The translations under genes were made by a program, and so were the position numbers. From NCBI RefSeq assembly GCF_001447785.1, contig NW_015166542.1:23267-87266 (forward strand): 64,000 bases of DNA, read 5' to 3'. How positions within the stretch are numbered: position 1 is the stretch's first letter; each line of letters opens with the position of its first letter. Below the pieces are notes generated by a model that saw only the letters and a program-made list of their open reading frames with translations, searched no databases and was not told where the DNA came from. This DNA is from Gekko japonicus (lineage: Eukaryota). This document shows positions 1 to 12,170 of the stretch, one piece after another.

Positions 1-345
1 GGACTTTTAAAAGGACGCTTTTTTTCCTCTTTGCAGAGGCTTTTGGCTCTGGGTCTGGCTGGGGTACAGAGGAAGGTTGAGGTGCATGCAAGGGGTTGGG
101 TGGAGGTCCCAGGATCTGTCCAAGAGACCCTGGGGACATGTCTGTGCTATTTTTTTTGGTTTCTGGGAGGGGGGACTTTTAAAAGGACGCTTTTTTTCCT
201 CTTTGCAGAGGCTTTTGGCTCTGGGTCTGGCTGGGGTACAGAGGAAGGTTGAGGTGCATGCAAGGGGTTGGGTGGAGGTCCCAGGATCTGTCCAAGAGAC
301 CCTGGGGACATGTCTGTGCTATTTTTTTTGGTTTCTGGGTGGGAG
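1..345. repeat. Tandem repeat, ~172-bp unit, 2 copies visible (runs off the window start)
   Basis: ggacttttaaaaggacgc...ggtttctggg starts at 1 and again at 173, essentially identical; ORF translations repeat the same peptide. Confidence 0.9.
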
Positions 346-1324
346 GCTCTCTCTGGAGCAGGCAGTCTACAGTAACCAATGTTAGCACATGCATGGCACA
401 AATCTAAGACACTTGCTGCATACAGCACTCGTTCACAGTTTTCAGAAAAACACCAGCCACAAACACTTGTCCCAGACACCCCCAAACACGTTCAAAGCAC
501 TCTCCAGCCACAAAAAGCCTCTTCCTTGGCCCCAAACACCTTCCAAAGCAGCCAAAAACAGTCAAAAGCACCCAGGGACATGTTCCAAAGCAGCCATGTG
601 CTTCAAGCAGCCATTTTCCCTCCCCCCCACCTCGCAGAATCGCCCATGTGCTCCACACGCCAGCCCAGGGGGGAGGGGCGGCCTGTGGCCGCCCCCACAG
701 CACCCTCCCTACCAGCAACCACATGATTCCCCCCTCCTGCCTTCCCCCAGCACCCACGTCAGGGGGCGGGGCACCTGTCACCCGTGAGAGATGAGAGAAG
801 AGGTACTCCCCATATCTTCTACTATGCTCCTGCAGACTACATGACCTGCAAGGTCCCTTCAGACTGTAACATTCTATGATTCTTCCAAACTCAGTGAGCC
901 CATACAGCTGGGGGTTTGGATGCTGCAAGCTCCCGAGAAGATTTTGAAATCTGGCCAATTACAGGGACATTTTGAGGCCATATGAAATGCATATCAGAGA
1001 ATATTCTAAGGTCAATATTAAGTACTTCAACCCATTGGCTTATGATTCTGGCACTGAGCCTTATTTTAATAACAAACATTTTAAAAATTCCCATCCATTT
1101 TGTGGAAAAATTCACTCATTTTTTTAAAAAAAAAGTTGCTTCAGGGCCCCTCCAGGATGAGGGGCCCTGAAGCTTAAGCTTCATTCGTTCCATAGTAGAT
1201 CCGCCTCTGCCACCCACCGTGCATCTAGAGGGCTGGCTGTGGAAAACTCTGCTGGGATCCAGCGAAGCACAACACACAAAGTTCTCTTCCATGGTGTTGA
1301 CGCTAGCAGCAGAGAAATCGTACT

Positions 1325-1733
1325 TAGATTCTTAGAATCACAGAGTTGGAAGGGCCCTCCAGGGTCATATAGTCCAACCCCTTGCACAATGCAGGAAATT
1401 CACAAATACCTCCCCCACACACACACACGCACACACACAGTGACACCTGCTCCACACCCAGAAGATGGCAAAAAACCTCCAGGATCCCTGGCTAAACCAG
1501 CCTGGAGAAAAATTGCTTCCTGATTCCCAACGTGGCAATCAGCATTTCCCTGGGCGTGTAAGAAAGGGGCACAAGAACTAAGCACTGATGCAGCCCTTCC
1601 AGCCCTCCCTTCTCGTGATCTGTCTCAGTTCACAGAATCCGCAGTGGTGTCAGATGGGGCCATCCAGCCTCTGTCTGAAAACCTCCCAAGAAGGAGAGCC
1701 CCCCACCTCCCGAGGAAGCCTGTTCCACTGAGG
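1325..1733 (-). mobile_element. CR1 LINE 3' fragment (ends at N-gap)
   Basis: Reverse complement of the CR1 3' terminus (ggggttggacta...cccttccaactctgtgattcta) plus the ORF2 C-terminal motif QWNRLPREVGGSPSWEVFRQRLD. Confidence 0.75.
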
Positions 1734-2008
1734 NNNNNNNNNNNNNNNNNNNNNNNNNNNNNNNNNNNNNNNNNNNNNNNNNNNNNNNNNNNNNNNNNNN
1801 NNNNNNNNNNNNNNNNNNNNNNNNNNNNNNNNNNNNNNNNNNNNNNNNNNNNNNNNNNNNNNNNNNNNNNNNNNNNNNNNNNNNNNNNNNNNNNNNNNNN
1901 NNNNNNNNNNNNNNNNNNNNNNNNNNNNNNNNNNNNNNNNNNNNNNNNNNNNNNNNNNNNNNNNNNNNNNNNNNNNNNNNNNNNNNNNNNNNNNNNNNNN
2001 NNNNNNNN

Positions 2009-2630
2009 ACAAACATAGCCACAGGGGTGTGTGTTCATATACAGCAACCTTCCACTGTCCGCTCCACCCCTCATATTGAATAGGTATCCTGGCCACCGGG
2101 AGGGCAATCCCTTCGGCATCCTGCAGGCGCCGCACCCGTCTTTCTTCACCCGGGATGAGATACTTAGGATCCATAAGAGAGTGGAGGATGGTGGTCAACA
2201 GGGAGCTGGTGTCTCGCCAGGCTGCAACACCACGCCCGTCCACAGTGACTTCCTTACAGCGGCGCGAAGGAATACATTCTGCGTTGAACTCAGGAGGAGT
2301 GGGGTGGGGGCCCACTGGAATCTTATGGTATGAGCTGGTACTTGCCTTAGGGCACTGCCTTTCAATGTGTCCCAACTCATTGCAGGCATAACATCGGGGT
2401 GCCTTCCGATCTCCCACTGGCAACTGCATACCAGCGCTTGGCGAATCAGGACGCTGTTCCTGGGATGGCGGTCCTTTTACTTCCGGCTGCTTTCTGGGCT
2501 GGGGTGGGGACTTAGGAAACTCCCTCTTATGCCAGTCCCAATTAGTGCGGCACCTCTGCCCTCCATAGGCTTCAGCCAGTCGCTCCGCCCATTGTCCTGC
2601 TTCTTGAACGGTAGAAGGGCTCTTGTCCAC
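2009..2630 (-). mobile_element. Gypsy-type LTR retrotransposon gag-protease relic
   Basis: ORF 1650..2630 has a CCHC knuckle CYACNELGHIERQC, a degenerate aspartic-protease motif (VTVDGRGVAAWRDTSS) and an upstream SCAN/capsid-like helix (SPSTVQEAGQWAERL). Confidence 0.8.
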
Positions 2631-2892
2631 CAGATTGAGGAGAGGAGAGAGGAGGTCCTACGACTGATAGACAACTTAAAAACTGATAAATCACCAGGCC
2701 CGGGTGGCATACACCCGAGAGTTCTGAAGGAACTCAAATGTGAACTTGTGGATCTCCTGACAAAAATATGTAATCTTTCCTTAAAATCTGCCTCCATTCC
2801 TGAGGACTGCAAGGTAGCTAATGTCACTCCCATCTTTAAAAAGGGCTCCAGAGGAGATCCAGGAAATTACAGGCCAGTCAGTCTGACGTCTG
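2631..2892 (+). mobile_element. CR1 LINE ORF2 internal fragment (pre-RT region)
   Basis: KSPGPGGIHPRVLKEL...IPEDCKVANVTPIFKKGSRGDPGNYRPVSLTSV is a typical CR1 ORF2 segment. Confidence 0.9.
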
Positions 2893-3466
2893 TTTATTTT
2901 TACAGGAGGTCAGTCCAATATGGGAAACAAACAAGGTGCAAGAACAATAGCGATAAGTGGGTGAAGGGGAAAGAAACCTGCTCCACCCTCCTGGTGGGCC
3001 TCCCCCAGGGTGTCTTTTGGAGATGCCTCTCTGGATTGGGAGGGGACATCATTTTGCAGGGGTCCCACCCACCCCCCTCCTGGGGGGGAGATTGTTTTGC
3101 CATCCTGCCAGGATCTTCCATCGCAGCTCCTCCCAGAGAGTTCAGCTTCGTCTCCCGCGGTTCATAACATCAACATGGAGACATTGGGGAAGATTGTCCA
3201 GGAAGGTGGCGTGTGAGGCCGTCAATCTGCTGACGACACCCCACAGTGTTTCTCCATTTTATCAGATCTGGATGTGGCAGTCAGAAACAGGCTGGGAGAA
3301 GTGGCAGCTCAGCCCAAACAAGAGGCTGAGGGTGGTGGGGGAACGCCGCGAACTGAGGAGTTAGGAAACACCTGCGTGGGTGGGGGACATCACCCTCCCC
3401 TCTCTGAAACGCGTCCGTCACTTGGGGCTTTTCCTGGGCCCGGAATTGCTGCTCTGTCTTCAAATG

Positions 3467-3821
3467 AGGAGCTGCAGTGGCTCAAGGGGTTAAGATGCTG
3501 AACTGCAGGCTGTGGAAGGTCGGTAGTTCAGCAGTTCGGGACCCGAGTGTGCCGCATGACGGAGTGAGCTCCCGTCTCTAGTTCCAGCTCCTGCCAACCT
3601 AGCAGCTCGAAAGCAAGAAAGTGCAAGTAGATAAATAGGGACCACTTCGGTGGGAAGGTAACAGCGTTCCGTGCGCCTTGGTGTTTAGTCATGCCGGCCA
3701 CATGACCACAGAAACGTCTTCGGACAGCGCTGGATCTTCGGCTTTGAAACGGAGATGAGCACCGCAACCCTAGAGTCGGATTCGACTGGCTTTCGAGCAA
3801 GGGAACCTTTAGCTTTACCTT
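3467..3821 (+). mobile_element. Sauria-type SINE
   Basis: tRNA-like head (gtggctcaaggggttaag...), core ccagctcctgccaacctagcag...agataaatagggaccac, and (accttt)-type tail; second copy at 10775. Confidence 0.8.
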
Positions 3822-4320
3822 CAAATGCTGCCTGGGTTCTGGAGTACCTTTTGTGAAGTGGGGCCGATCCACATGCTGTGCACATTGCTGGAAGATATCA
3901 TTTAATATTGTTATTGTTTATTAAAGTTTCATACTGCTCTCCCTGCAGAGCGGGCTCAGAGCGGCGTACAGCATTTTACCTAGAAATAATCCATTGGTCT
4001 AAATGTACCGATAAAATACAAATCTTAAAACAACAAATAGTGTATGCAGAAGCATAAAACCTATATGGGGTCACATGATGCAGTTTTAACCCCCGATGGC
4101 GGGGGGGGGAGGCAGCTAACACGGAGGCCCCTGGGTCTTATCACTCATGCCCAGGGCGGGGGCCTTCACATGGGAACCCTGGACTGTGCTCTGCACGGGG
4201 CTGGCTCTGAAAATGCTTTGCAGATGAAACTGTGCAGGATGCTGCCCCCCTCTGCTTAGCAGGAGTCAGCCAGTGAGATGGGACCACACCAGCTGTGAAA
4301 CATCAGCACCGGGTGCCAGG

Positions 4321-4528
4321 CAATGCTCCTTCTAAGCTGCGGAGCCTTGTGAGCAAAAATTCTACTTCGTGAGCTCCTGGCATTAAAGTGGTGAGCGAGC
4401 GATTTGGCTGCTGCATCAGTTAGCTTGCTCTGGAGCCACATCCTTCCTGAGTGAAGACAAAAGTGTGTGAGCCGGAGGCTAAAAAACTGTGAGCCGGCTC
4501 ACACTAACTCAGCTTAGAGGGAACACTG
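4321..4528. mobile_element. ~205-bp hAT-type MITE (family A, TIR CA(A/G)TG(C/T)TCCCTCTAAGCTG)
   Basis: Terminal inverted repeats; 8-bp TSD gtgccagg/atgccagg. Confidence 0.85.
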
Positions 4529-4789
4529 ATGCCAGGTGTATTCTGAGCCCCATTTCAGGGACTGCTTTGGACATCAAAAGCCCTACATGCCCTGGGCCCC
4601 GCCTCTCTCAGGTGAGGCCTCCTCCCCAAGGAGGAAAGGTGTGATTTGCTGCTTTTTCCGAGCCATTCATCTCCTCCCTTTCTCAACCACGGATAAACAC
4701 ACATACACATGAAAGATTTCAGCTTGTGACAACACAAGACTGATTGGCCACCTGGATGCCAGTTGGGGTGAAGACACAACTGATGGCAC

Positions 4790-5411
4790 GTCAACCAGTG
4801 GTTACCTGTTCTTCTGTGGAGACAGCATGATTGACTGGACTAGTCAAAAACAAACAACCGTTGCCCCATCTACTGCGGAGGCAGAACGTGTGTCTGCCGC
4901 AAGTCCCTGCAGTGAACGGGAATGGATCATTCATCTGCTGGAGGACTTTGGCATAGATGGATGCAAGCCAATAATTCTGTTTGAAAACAATCGGGCTTGC
5001 ATAACCACATGCAGAGGTGAAAGCACCAAATCAAAAAGCAAATCCTTTGCCATCAAATGTCATTGAGTGACAGATATACAATGACGAGGACTGACTGAAG
5101 TTGAGTATTGTCTTAATGAGGAGATGACTACGGAGTGACTCACCAAGCCACTCGACAAAAGGAAGTTCAAGTATCTATGCGATAAGTTGAATCTGCATGA
5201 CTTCAGTGTTGGAACTTGAGAAGGGGTTTGTAATACCAGCAAGTTGCCAACGTTTCAGTCATGATAGGGTTAAATTGATGTTGCATGTAAACAGGATGTT
5301 ACCCAGCTTAGCTGTAACCAATCAGAAGTAGAGATACGTTTGCTTGGAAAAATGTTGATATTGATTAGTAAAATGAAGTGATCTGTAACCTCTCTATTGG
5401 CTAATCAATGT
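4790..5411 (+). mobile_element. Copia-type LTR retrotransposon relic: RNase H, polypurine tract and start of 3' LTR
   Basis: IDWTSQKQTTVAPSTAEAE...IILFENNRACI matches Ty1/copia RNase HI; then gagaagggg and a TG-starting LTR-like sequence at ~5230, cut by a SINE. Confidence 0.75.
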
Positions 5412-5727
5412 AGAAGAAGAAGAAGAAGAGAAGAAGAAGAAGAAGAAGAAGAAGAAAAAGAAGAGATGTGATTTATACCCCGCCCTTCACTACCCAAAGG
5501 CGTCTCAGAGCGGCTTACAAACTCCTTTCCCTTCCCCTCCCCACGACAGACACCCAGTGAGGTCGGTGGCGCTGAGAGAGCTCTGGCAGAAACGGCTCTT
5601 TTTCAAGAACAGCTCTTATCAGAACTACGTCTTGCCCAAGGTCATCCAGCAGGTGCAAGTGGAGGAGTGGGGAATCAAACCCGGTTCTCCCAGATTAGAG
5701 TCCGTGCACTTAACCACGACACCAAAC
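5412..5727 (-). mobile_element. Squam3-type tRNA-derived SINE
   Basis: Reverse of tttggtgtcgtggttaagtgc...gaaccgggtttgattcccc head, L2-like tail and (CTT)n end. Confidence 0.8.
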
Positions 5728-5759
5728 CACTATCCCTTCACAGGGTTTTCAAGGGAAGA

Positions 5760-6015
5760 GACATTCAGAGGTGGTCCTTCTTGGTGGTCTCCCGTTCAAG
5801 TGCTCTCCAGGGCTGACTCAGCTCAGCTTCCAAAATGTGATGAGATTGGGCTTTCCTGGCCCTTCCAGATCAAAGCAAGGGACAAACAGAGGTGGTTTGC
5901 TGTCGCCTGCCTCTGTGTAGCGCCCCTGGGCTTCCTTGGAGGTCTCCCACCTAAGTACCAACCTAGGCAAGCTCTGTTTAGCTTCTGAGATCTTACAAGG
6001 TCAGGCTAGCCTGGG
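5760..6015 (-). mobile_element. 5S rRNA-derived SINE copies with RTE-like tail
   Basis: Reverse complement resembles the 5S internal control region (gatctcagaagctaa...ggtacttaggtgggagacc) followed by gaggcaggc...caaaccacctctg. Confidence 0.6.
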
Positions 6016-7477
6016 TTCAAGTGTGTTTTACTGTTGCTTTGTTCCTACATCCTTTGTAATTTAACTGGGATCATTTCAGGTGGTAAATATAGTAGAAGAA
6101 CTTAAGAAGAAGAAGTCCACCTGTGTTGGGTGGAGTTTCGAGTCTGGCCACCTCTAGTTTGGTCTGGGTGCCCAACTCCTTCCTCAGAAGCCTGGCTCTG
6201 GGTGGCTGGATGGGGAACTTCCTGTATCTCTGCAGCCCAGGCCTCAACCTCCTTCCTCCTTTCAGTGACAGGCTAATTATATGAGCATTAACGGATTTCC
6301 AGGGAGGCCTTCCTCCTTCCTGCCCAGTCACTCCTGGGGCGAGAAGGGGACCTCCTCCTCCTTAATAATGGCCTGGCCATGACTTGGACCTTCCTGGGTC
6401 TTCTGGAACCAGCCCCTTGTTTGCATACTCCCATCTGGTTGGCTGCTGGCCAGACTCCTCTTGGGGGGGGGGGACAGCCTTCTCACACAGACAGCGGTGT
6501 CCCAGAGCCCCTCACGGTGCCATCCTGAGCATGGTCACACCCTGCTAAGCCCACTGACAGTGATGGATGCAAAAGGGTGTGGCTCTGCTTAGGAGGGCCC
6601 CGTGAGCGCCCGCAGCCTCGAACAGCCATTCCGGAACACGGAACAATGGCCGGCCTCGCCCCATCAGGCCTCCGGGCCTGGTGCAACTGCCAGGTTTCTC
6701 CGAGGAGGAGGAGGAGGAGGTGGCGGGCAACCAGGGGCAAATGCCGGGGGCCTCTGGAGCTCCCCCTGAACAGCTTCTTCCAACATCTCTGCAAAAGCCC
6801 CATCTTGGCCGGGCACCTCCTGGATCAGCAGACTGGCTTCTGGACTGCGATTCAGGGACCCCCAATGCCCAAGAGCACTGTGGGTCTAATTAAGGTGCGC
6901 CTGCTCTAGTGACTGATGACGACTGTTTCCATGACCTTTCCACCTGTCTGTGTATCAGGCGCATCAGATCTTCTTGGATGCTAAGCAGGGTTGGTGCTCG
7001 GATGAGAGACTGCCAAGGAACTTCAGGGTTTATTTATTTATTTATTTATTTATACTTTCGATTTCTATACCGCTCCAAACCCCGAAGGGTCTCTGAGCAG
7101 TTTACACAGTTCCGAGTTATCCCTAACTAAGGCCACATGTTTACAGGGGTCGGGGCTACTTACCGGCACCCAGGTGGCAGGGCTCGCTGTTCTCGGCTTG
7201 TTCCCGGGCGGTCTTTTTCGGGCGTCAGTGTGCCGATGTTCCTGGCGTCTCCGGTGTCTGGCGAGGTCTTTTTGGTCCAGGGGCTTTCTTTCTACGCGGG
7301 CTCCTCTAGTGCGTGGTACGTGTCGACTTACAGCACCTCTGTTCATCTCTTGGCTTGAAAACCTGACAGGGTTGACATAAGTTGGCTGCAACTTGACGGG
7401 GCTTTCCACCACCAAGGGTTCCATATTTTCTCTCTCTCTCTCCCTCTCCCTCTCTCTCTCTCAATGTTTTGCCCTGA

Positions 7478-7640
7478 CCTGGATGGCCCAGGCTGGACTG
7501 ATCTTGTCAGACCTCAGAAGCTAAGTTGGGTCGGCCCTAGTCAGTCTTTGGATGGGAGACCAGCAAGGAAGCCCAGGGTTGCTACGCAGAGGCAGGCAAC
7601 GCCAAACCCCTCTCTTGCTCTGAAAACCCCACGAGGGGCT
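7478..7640 (+). mobile_element. 5S rRNA-derived SINE with RTE-like tail
   Basis: gatcttgtcagacctcagaagctaagttgggtcggccctagtcagtctttggatgggagacc is a degenerate 5S box A/C region, followed by a non-5S tail. Confidence 0.7.
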
Positions 7641-7648
7641 GCCAGAAG

Positions 7649-8220
7649 TCATAGAACCATAGAATGCCAGAGCACTCTGCAGGAGCATAGCCGAAAGAGA
7701 GCCCTGCCACTAGGGTTCCCTCTAAGCTGAGTTAGTGTGAGCTGGCTCACAGTTTTTTAGCCTCCGGCTCACACATTTTTGTCTTCGCTCAGGAAGGAGG
7801 GCTCCAGAGCAAACTGACTGATGCAGCACCCAAATCGCTCGCTCACCCCTTTAATGCCAGGAGCTCATAAAGTAGAATTTTTGCTCACAAGACTCCACAG
7901 CTTAGAGGGAACATTGCCTGCAACATAGCCGAAAGAGGGTCGTCCAGCCTCCGCTTGGAAACGTCCAGTGAAGGAGCCTCCACCACCTCCCGAGGCAGTC
8001 TGCTCCACTGTTCAACCACCCTGACAGTTAGGAAATTTCTCCTGATACTTAGCTGGTATCGACTCCCTTGCAATTTCCACCCATTCGATCTAGTCTTGCA
8101 ATCGGGAGCAAGAGAGAGTAGATCCACTCCATCTTCTACATGACGGCCCTTCAGGTACTTGAAGACTGCAATCACGTCCCCTCTAAGCCTCCTCTTTCCC
8201 AGGCTAAACAGACCCAACTG
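7649..8220 (-). mobile_element. CR1 3' fragment interrupted by a family-A MITE (7711-7916)
   Basis: LFSLGKRRLRGDVIAVFKYLKG...WSRLPREVVEAPSL; MITE flanked by TSD cctgccac/cctgcaac; an uninterrupted sister copy lies at 33234. Confidence 0.9.
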
Positions 8221-8405
8221 TCAGCTGCGATTTGATTATACTTTCCTCCACCACCACCACCACGTATAAATACATCCCTCTGTGAGTTTTAGCATCACTG
8301 AGAGGCTTGGAGGGACTCTGAAGACCCCCCCCACCAGGTCAACAGGAGATGCTCCTTCATCCCACAGAGCTCTCAGCCTCACGCCAACCACCTGAGACCG
8401 CCTCA

Positions 8406-9390
8406 AAAGAGGAGCAGTATAAATGGGCAGTTCTCTCAGTGGAGGGGGGTAAGCAGTGGGGTACCGCAGGGATCAGTACTTGGTCCACTGCTTTTTAACT
8501 TGTTCATTAATGATTTGGAGTTGGGAGTAAGCAGTGAAGTGGCTAAATTTGCGGATGATACGAAGTTGTTCAGGGTGGTGAAAACCAGTGAGGATTGTGA
8601 GGCACTCCAAGAGGATCTGTCAAAGATGGGCGAGTGGGCATCAACATGGCAAATGGGGTTCAATGTGGCCATGTGCAAGGTGATGCACATTGGAGCCAAA
8701 AATCCTAAATATAAATACACATTGATGGGGTCTGAACTGGCAGAGACTGATCAAGAGAGAGATCTTGGAGTCGTAGTAGATAACTCACTGAAAATGTCGA
8801 GAGAGTGTGTGACTGCAATAAAGAAGGCCAATGCTATGCTGGGGATTATTAGGAAGGGTATTGTAAACAGATCAGCCAATATCATAATGCCGCTATATAA
8901 ATCAATGGTGCGACCTCATCTGGAAAACTGTGTGCAATTCTGGTCACCACACCTTAAAAAGGATATTATAGCTTTGGAAAAAGAACTCGTGGGCACTCCA
9001 TGAAATTGCTGAGCGGTCGGGTTAGAACGGATAAAAGCAAGTACTTCTTCACCCAAAGAGTGATTAACACTTGGAATTCACTGCCACAGGAAGTGGTGGC
9101 GGCTACAAGCATGGACGGCTTCAAAAGGGAATTAGATAGGCATATGGAGCAGAGGTCCATCAGTGGCTATTAGCCACAAGGTATAGATAGGGACTCTGGG
9201 GCAAGTGATGCTCTGTCATCTTGGTGCTTTGGGGGGTCAACAGTGGGATGGCTTCTAATGTCCTGGCCCCACTGGTGGACCTCCTGATGGCACCTGGTAT
9301 TTCTGGCCACTGTGTGATACAGAGTGTTGGACTGGATGGGCCTTTGGCCTGATCCAACATTGGCATCTCTTATGTTCTTATGTTCTTATG
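8406..9390 (+). mobile_element. CR1 LINE 3' portion (RT C-half + 3'UTR, (TTCTTATG)n tail), with internal deletion
   Basis: GVPQGSVLGPLLFNLFINDL...KFADDTKL...MVRPHLENCVQFWSPHLKKDI; 3' tail tcttatgttcttatgttcttatg. Confidence 0.92.
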
Positions 9391-10237
9391 AGCAAAGAGC
9401 TCCTCTGACAGCCCCGAAGTGGACTGGTGAATTAAGCTGTTTGGCCCGTATCAGAGTGGGGAGAGAGGCGACGTGCCCTTTCCTCTGTGTGAAAGTCCAG
9501 AGTCCCTGAAACATGACCTTTTGGGGGGGGGGGAGTGGGGGGAAGGAACCGAGCTCTCCATAGACCTGGCATCACCGGAGTTTGAGCTCCCTAGAATGGC
9601 TGCCTGGGTAAGGCAGGGCTCCAAGAGGGAGAAAAGGAAGCGAGAGGGAAAGCCGGCTTAAGAACGGTAGACTTCCTCCTCCTCCTCGATGTGAAGCCTG
9701 CTGGGCGACCTTGGGCCAGTCCCGGTTCTCTCAGGACTCTCTCAGCCCCACCTACCTCACAAGAGGCTTGTTGTGGGGAGAGGAAGGGAAGGGGATTGTC
9801 AGCCACTTATAGAAGACTCCTTTGGGGAGGGAGAAGCGGGGTAGAAAGACCAACTCTTCTTCTCTTCTTTGTCCGAGAAAGGCCATTGCTGGGATAGCCT
9901 CGTTCAGCAGGGGGCAGCTTTGGGGAAGGGGGGAGTTGCGCCTCCTCCCTGGCCCGGCTGTGGCGCATTTGGGAAGCCGCCAATTGCTGAGGGTTGAGCA
10001 GAGACCAAGAAGGGGAGCAGAAGGCCCACGGGAGCCCTTCCTTCTCCATGCTCAGGCCTCTTCTGCTTTTCGCCCTGTGTCCCGTCCGCACCATGAGCAA
10101 TCGCTGCTGCAACTCGGGCGTGGCAAGGGGCACCCCCTACCCACCACACCCGGCAACTGCAGCACCCAGCCGGGGCCTCGATGCCACAAGCTGCCGCAGA
10201 AAAGGCTTGGATTTCCCCGGCTTCCATCCTCATGAAG

Positions 10238-11196
10238 CTGCATATGTGGTGGCACTGTGAAGTGAGTAAAAAATACTGAGCATGGATTCATGAATTATTG
10301 CAAAAGGTGTTAGGTATAGCTATTCCATTTATACCTGAAGTGTTCTTACTAAATATTTTACCAAAAGATTTTAGTAAAGAAGATGATCACTATCTTATTG
10401 TACATATAACTACTGCAGCCAGAATCTTATATGCTAAATACTGGAAGACATCAGAGACACCTACGAAACAAGAATTTATAAATAAAGTCTTGGAGACAGC
10501 TGAAATGGACAAATGTACTTTATTGATGACGGGTCTTTCGGACTCTCCATTCCAGAACACTTGGTTACGATTTTACAGCTGGTATAATAATTATATGTAG
10601 GCAGGAATAATTAAAAGACAAAGTGCAAGAAAACAAAGCTTATATAACCCAACAAGGTAGAAACAAACGCAATGATAATTACTCACAGTAAATAATTGCA
10701 GAAAATAATGTTAGTAATTAGGCACAAGAATTATAATAACTATGAAGATTTATTACCCCCATTTATGTTTTGTAGGAGCTGTGGTGGCTTAAGTGGTTAA
10801 GATGCTGAAATGCAGGCTGTGGAAGGTCGGTAGTTCAGCAGTTTGAGACCCGGGTTTTCGCATGACGGAGTGAGCTCCCATCTCTAGTTCCAGCTCCTGC
10901 CAACCTAGCCGTTCGAAAGCAAGAAATTGCAAGTAGATAAATAGGGACCACTTTGGTGGGAAGGTAACAGCGTTCCGTGCGCCTCGGTGTTTAGTCATGC
11001 CAGCTACATGACCACGGAAACCTCTTTGGACAGCACTGGCTCTTCGGCTTTGAAACGGAGATGAGCACCCCAACCCTAGAGTCGGATTCGACTGGCTTTC
11101 GAGCAAGGGAAAACTTTACCTTTACATTTTGTATGTATGTGTTAATGTTTGTTTGTCAAGTTTGTATTGTATTTTGATGAAAAAACCTAATAAAAT
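10238..11196 (+). mobile_element. L1-clade LINE 3' end (ORF2 C-terminus + 3'UTR) interrupted by a Sauria SINE
   Basis: HMWWHC knuckle remnant then PEVFLLNI...TAARILYAKYWK...W; AT-rich UTR ends in aataaaa. Confidence 0.75.
10775..11125 (+). mobile_element. Sauria-type SINE
   Basis: Near-identical to 3467-3821, ends actttacctttac. Confidence 0.8.
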
Positions 11197-11759
11197 CCTG
11201 CCCCTTGGGGCAGTTAAAAAAACAAACAAAAAAAGGAGATGGCGGGTTCCAGGAAGAGAGTGTTGCGCTCTGGGACGGCTGGGATTCCAAAAGGAAGCCA
11301 CCTCCTTGCACCTACCCAAACGCCAAAACTGACAGATGAAAACAGGGGTGTTTACAAACTGGTAACACTCATGTCCCCAAGCACCCTTTCACAATTAGGG
11401 GCATGAGCCAAGCTCCCTCTGCCCCCACACGGAGGCCGGAACAACATGCTACGTGCCAGCACAGAACAACTGCACTCCGCACACACACACACGTGCCACG
11501 CACCCTCGTGAACAGGCAGCGGGCAGCCCGCCTGGGCACAAGCGGCAGCAGGCAAGCGGTGAAGAAGCCCAGCACCCCCCCCCACACACACACACACAGC
11601 CATCTCCCTTCCTTCTTAGCCCAGCAGGGAGCTGCACATCGGAGTGACCTACATACATACTTTGTATATTGTTTCCACCCAAAAAATTGCCTTCTCTGAC
11701 ATCGCTTGGCCCAAACAGCCACTGTGGTTTGTTTGTTCTTATACCTCGCTTTTCTGTAC

Positions 11760-12170
11760 CCAGTTTGGTGTAGTGGTTAAGTGCACGGACTCTAATCTGG
11801 GAGAACCGGGTTTGATTTCCCACTCCTCCACTTGCACCTGCTGGATGACCTTGGGCAAGCCGTAGTTCTGATAAGAGTTGTTCTTGAAAAAGAGCCAGTT
11901 TGGTGTAGTGATTAAGTGCACGGACTCTAATCTGGGAGAACCGGGTTTGATTCCCCACTCCTCCACTTGGACCTGCTGGATGACCTTGGGCAAGCCGTAG
12001 TTCTGATAAGAGCTGTTCTTGAAAAAGAGCAGTTTCTGTCAGAGCTCTCTCAGCCCCACCTGCCTCACAGGGTGTCTGTTGTGGGGAGGGGAAGGGAAAG
12101 GAGTTTGGAAGCCGCTCTGAGACACCTTCAGGTAGTGAAGGGCGGGGTATAAATCCAATCTCTTCTCTTC
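11760..12170 (+). mobile_element. Squam3-type SINE with tandemly duplicated 5' part
   Basis: Head ccagtttggtgtagtg...gagaaccgggtttgatt present at ~11760 and again at ~11896. Confidence 0.8.

Noticed and set aside
1-345. Direct repeat as a CRISPR-like or coding repeat
   Set aside because: Head-to-tail 172-bp units without spacers in a vertebrate genome; ordinary tandem repeat
2893-3460. Possible 5' region or LTR of the Gypsy relic
   Set aside because: No clear termini, PBS or second copy visible
6070-6910. GC-rich segment with acidic ORF (FSEEEEEEVAG...)
   Set aside because: No recognisable domain or splice structure; probably an unclassified repeat
7478-7580. 5S rRNA gene
   Set aside because: Degenerate, lacks proper 5S ends and continues into a retroposon tail
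9990-10235. Cys-containing ORF as a WFDC/WAP exon (WFDC genes neighbour DNTTIP1 in mammals)
   Set aside because: No 8-Cys WAP spacing or convincing splice sites
11760-11830. tRNA genes from A/B-box-like heads
   Set aside because: All are heads of multi-copy SINEs continuing into SINE bodies
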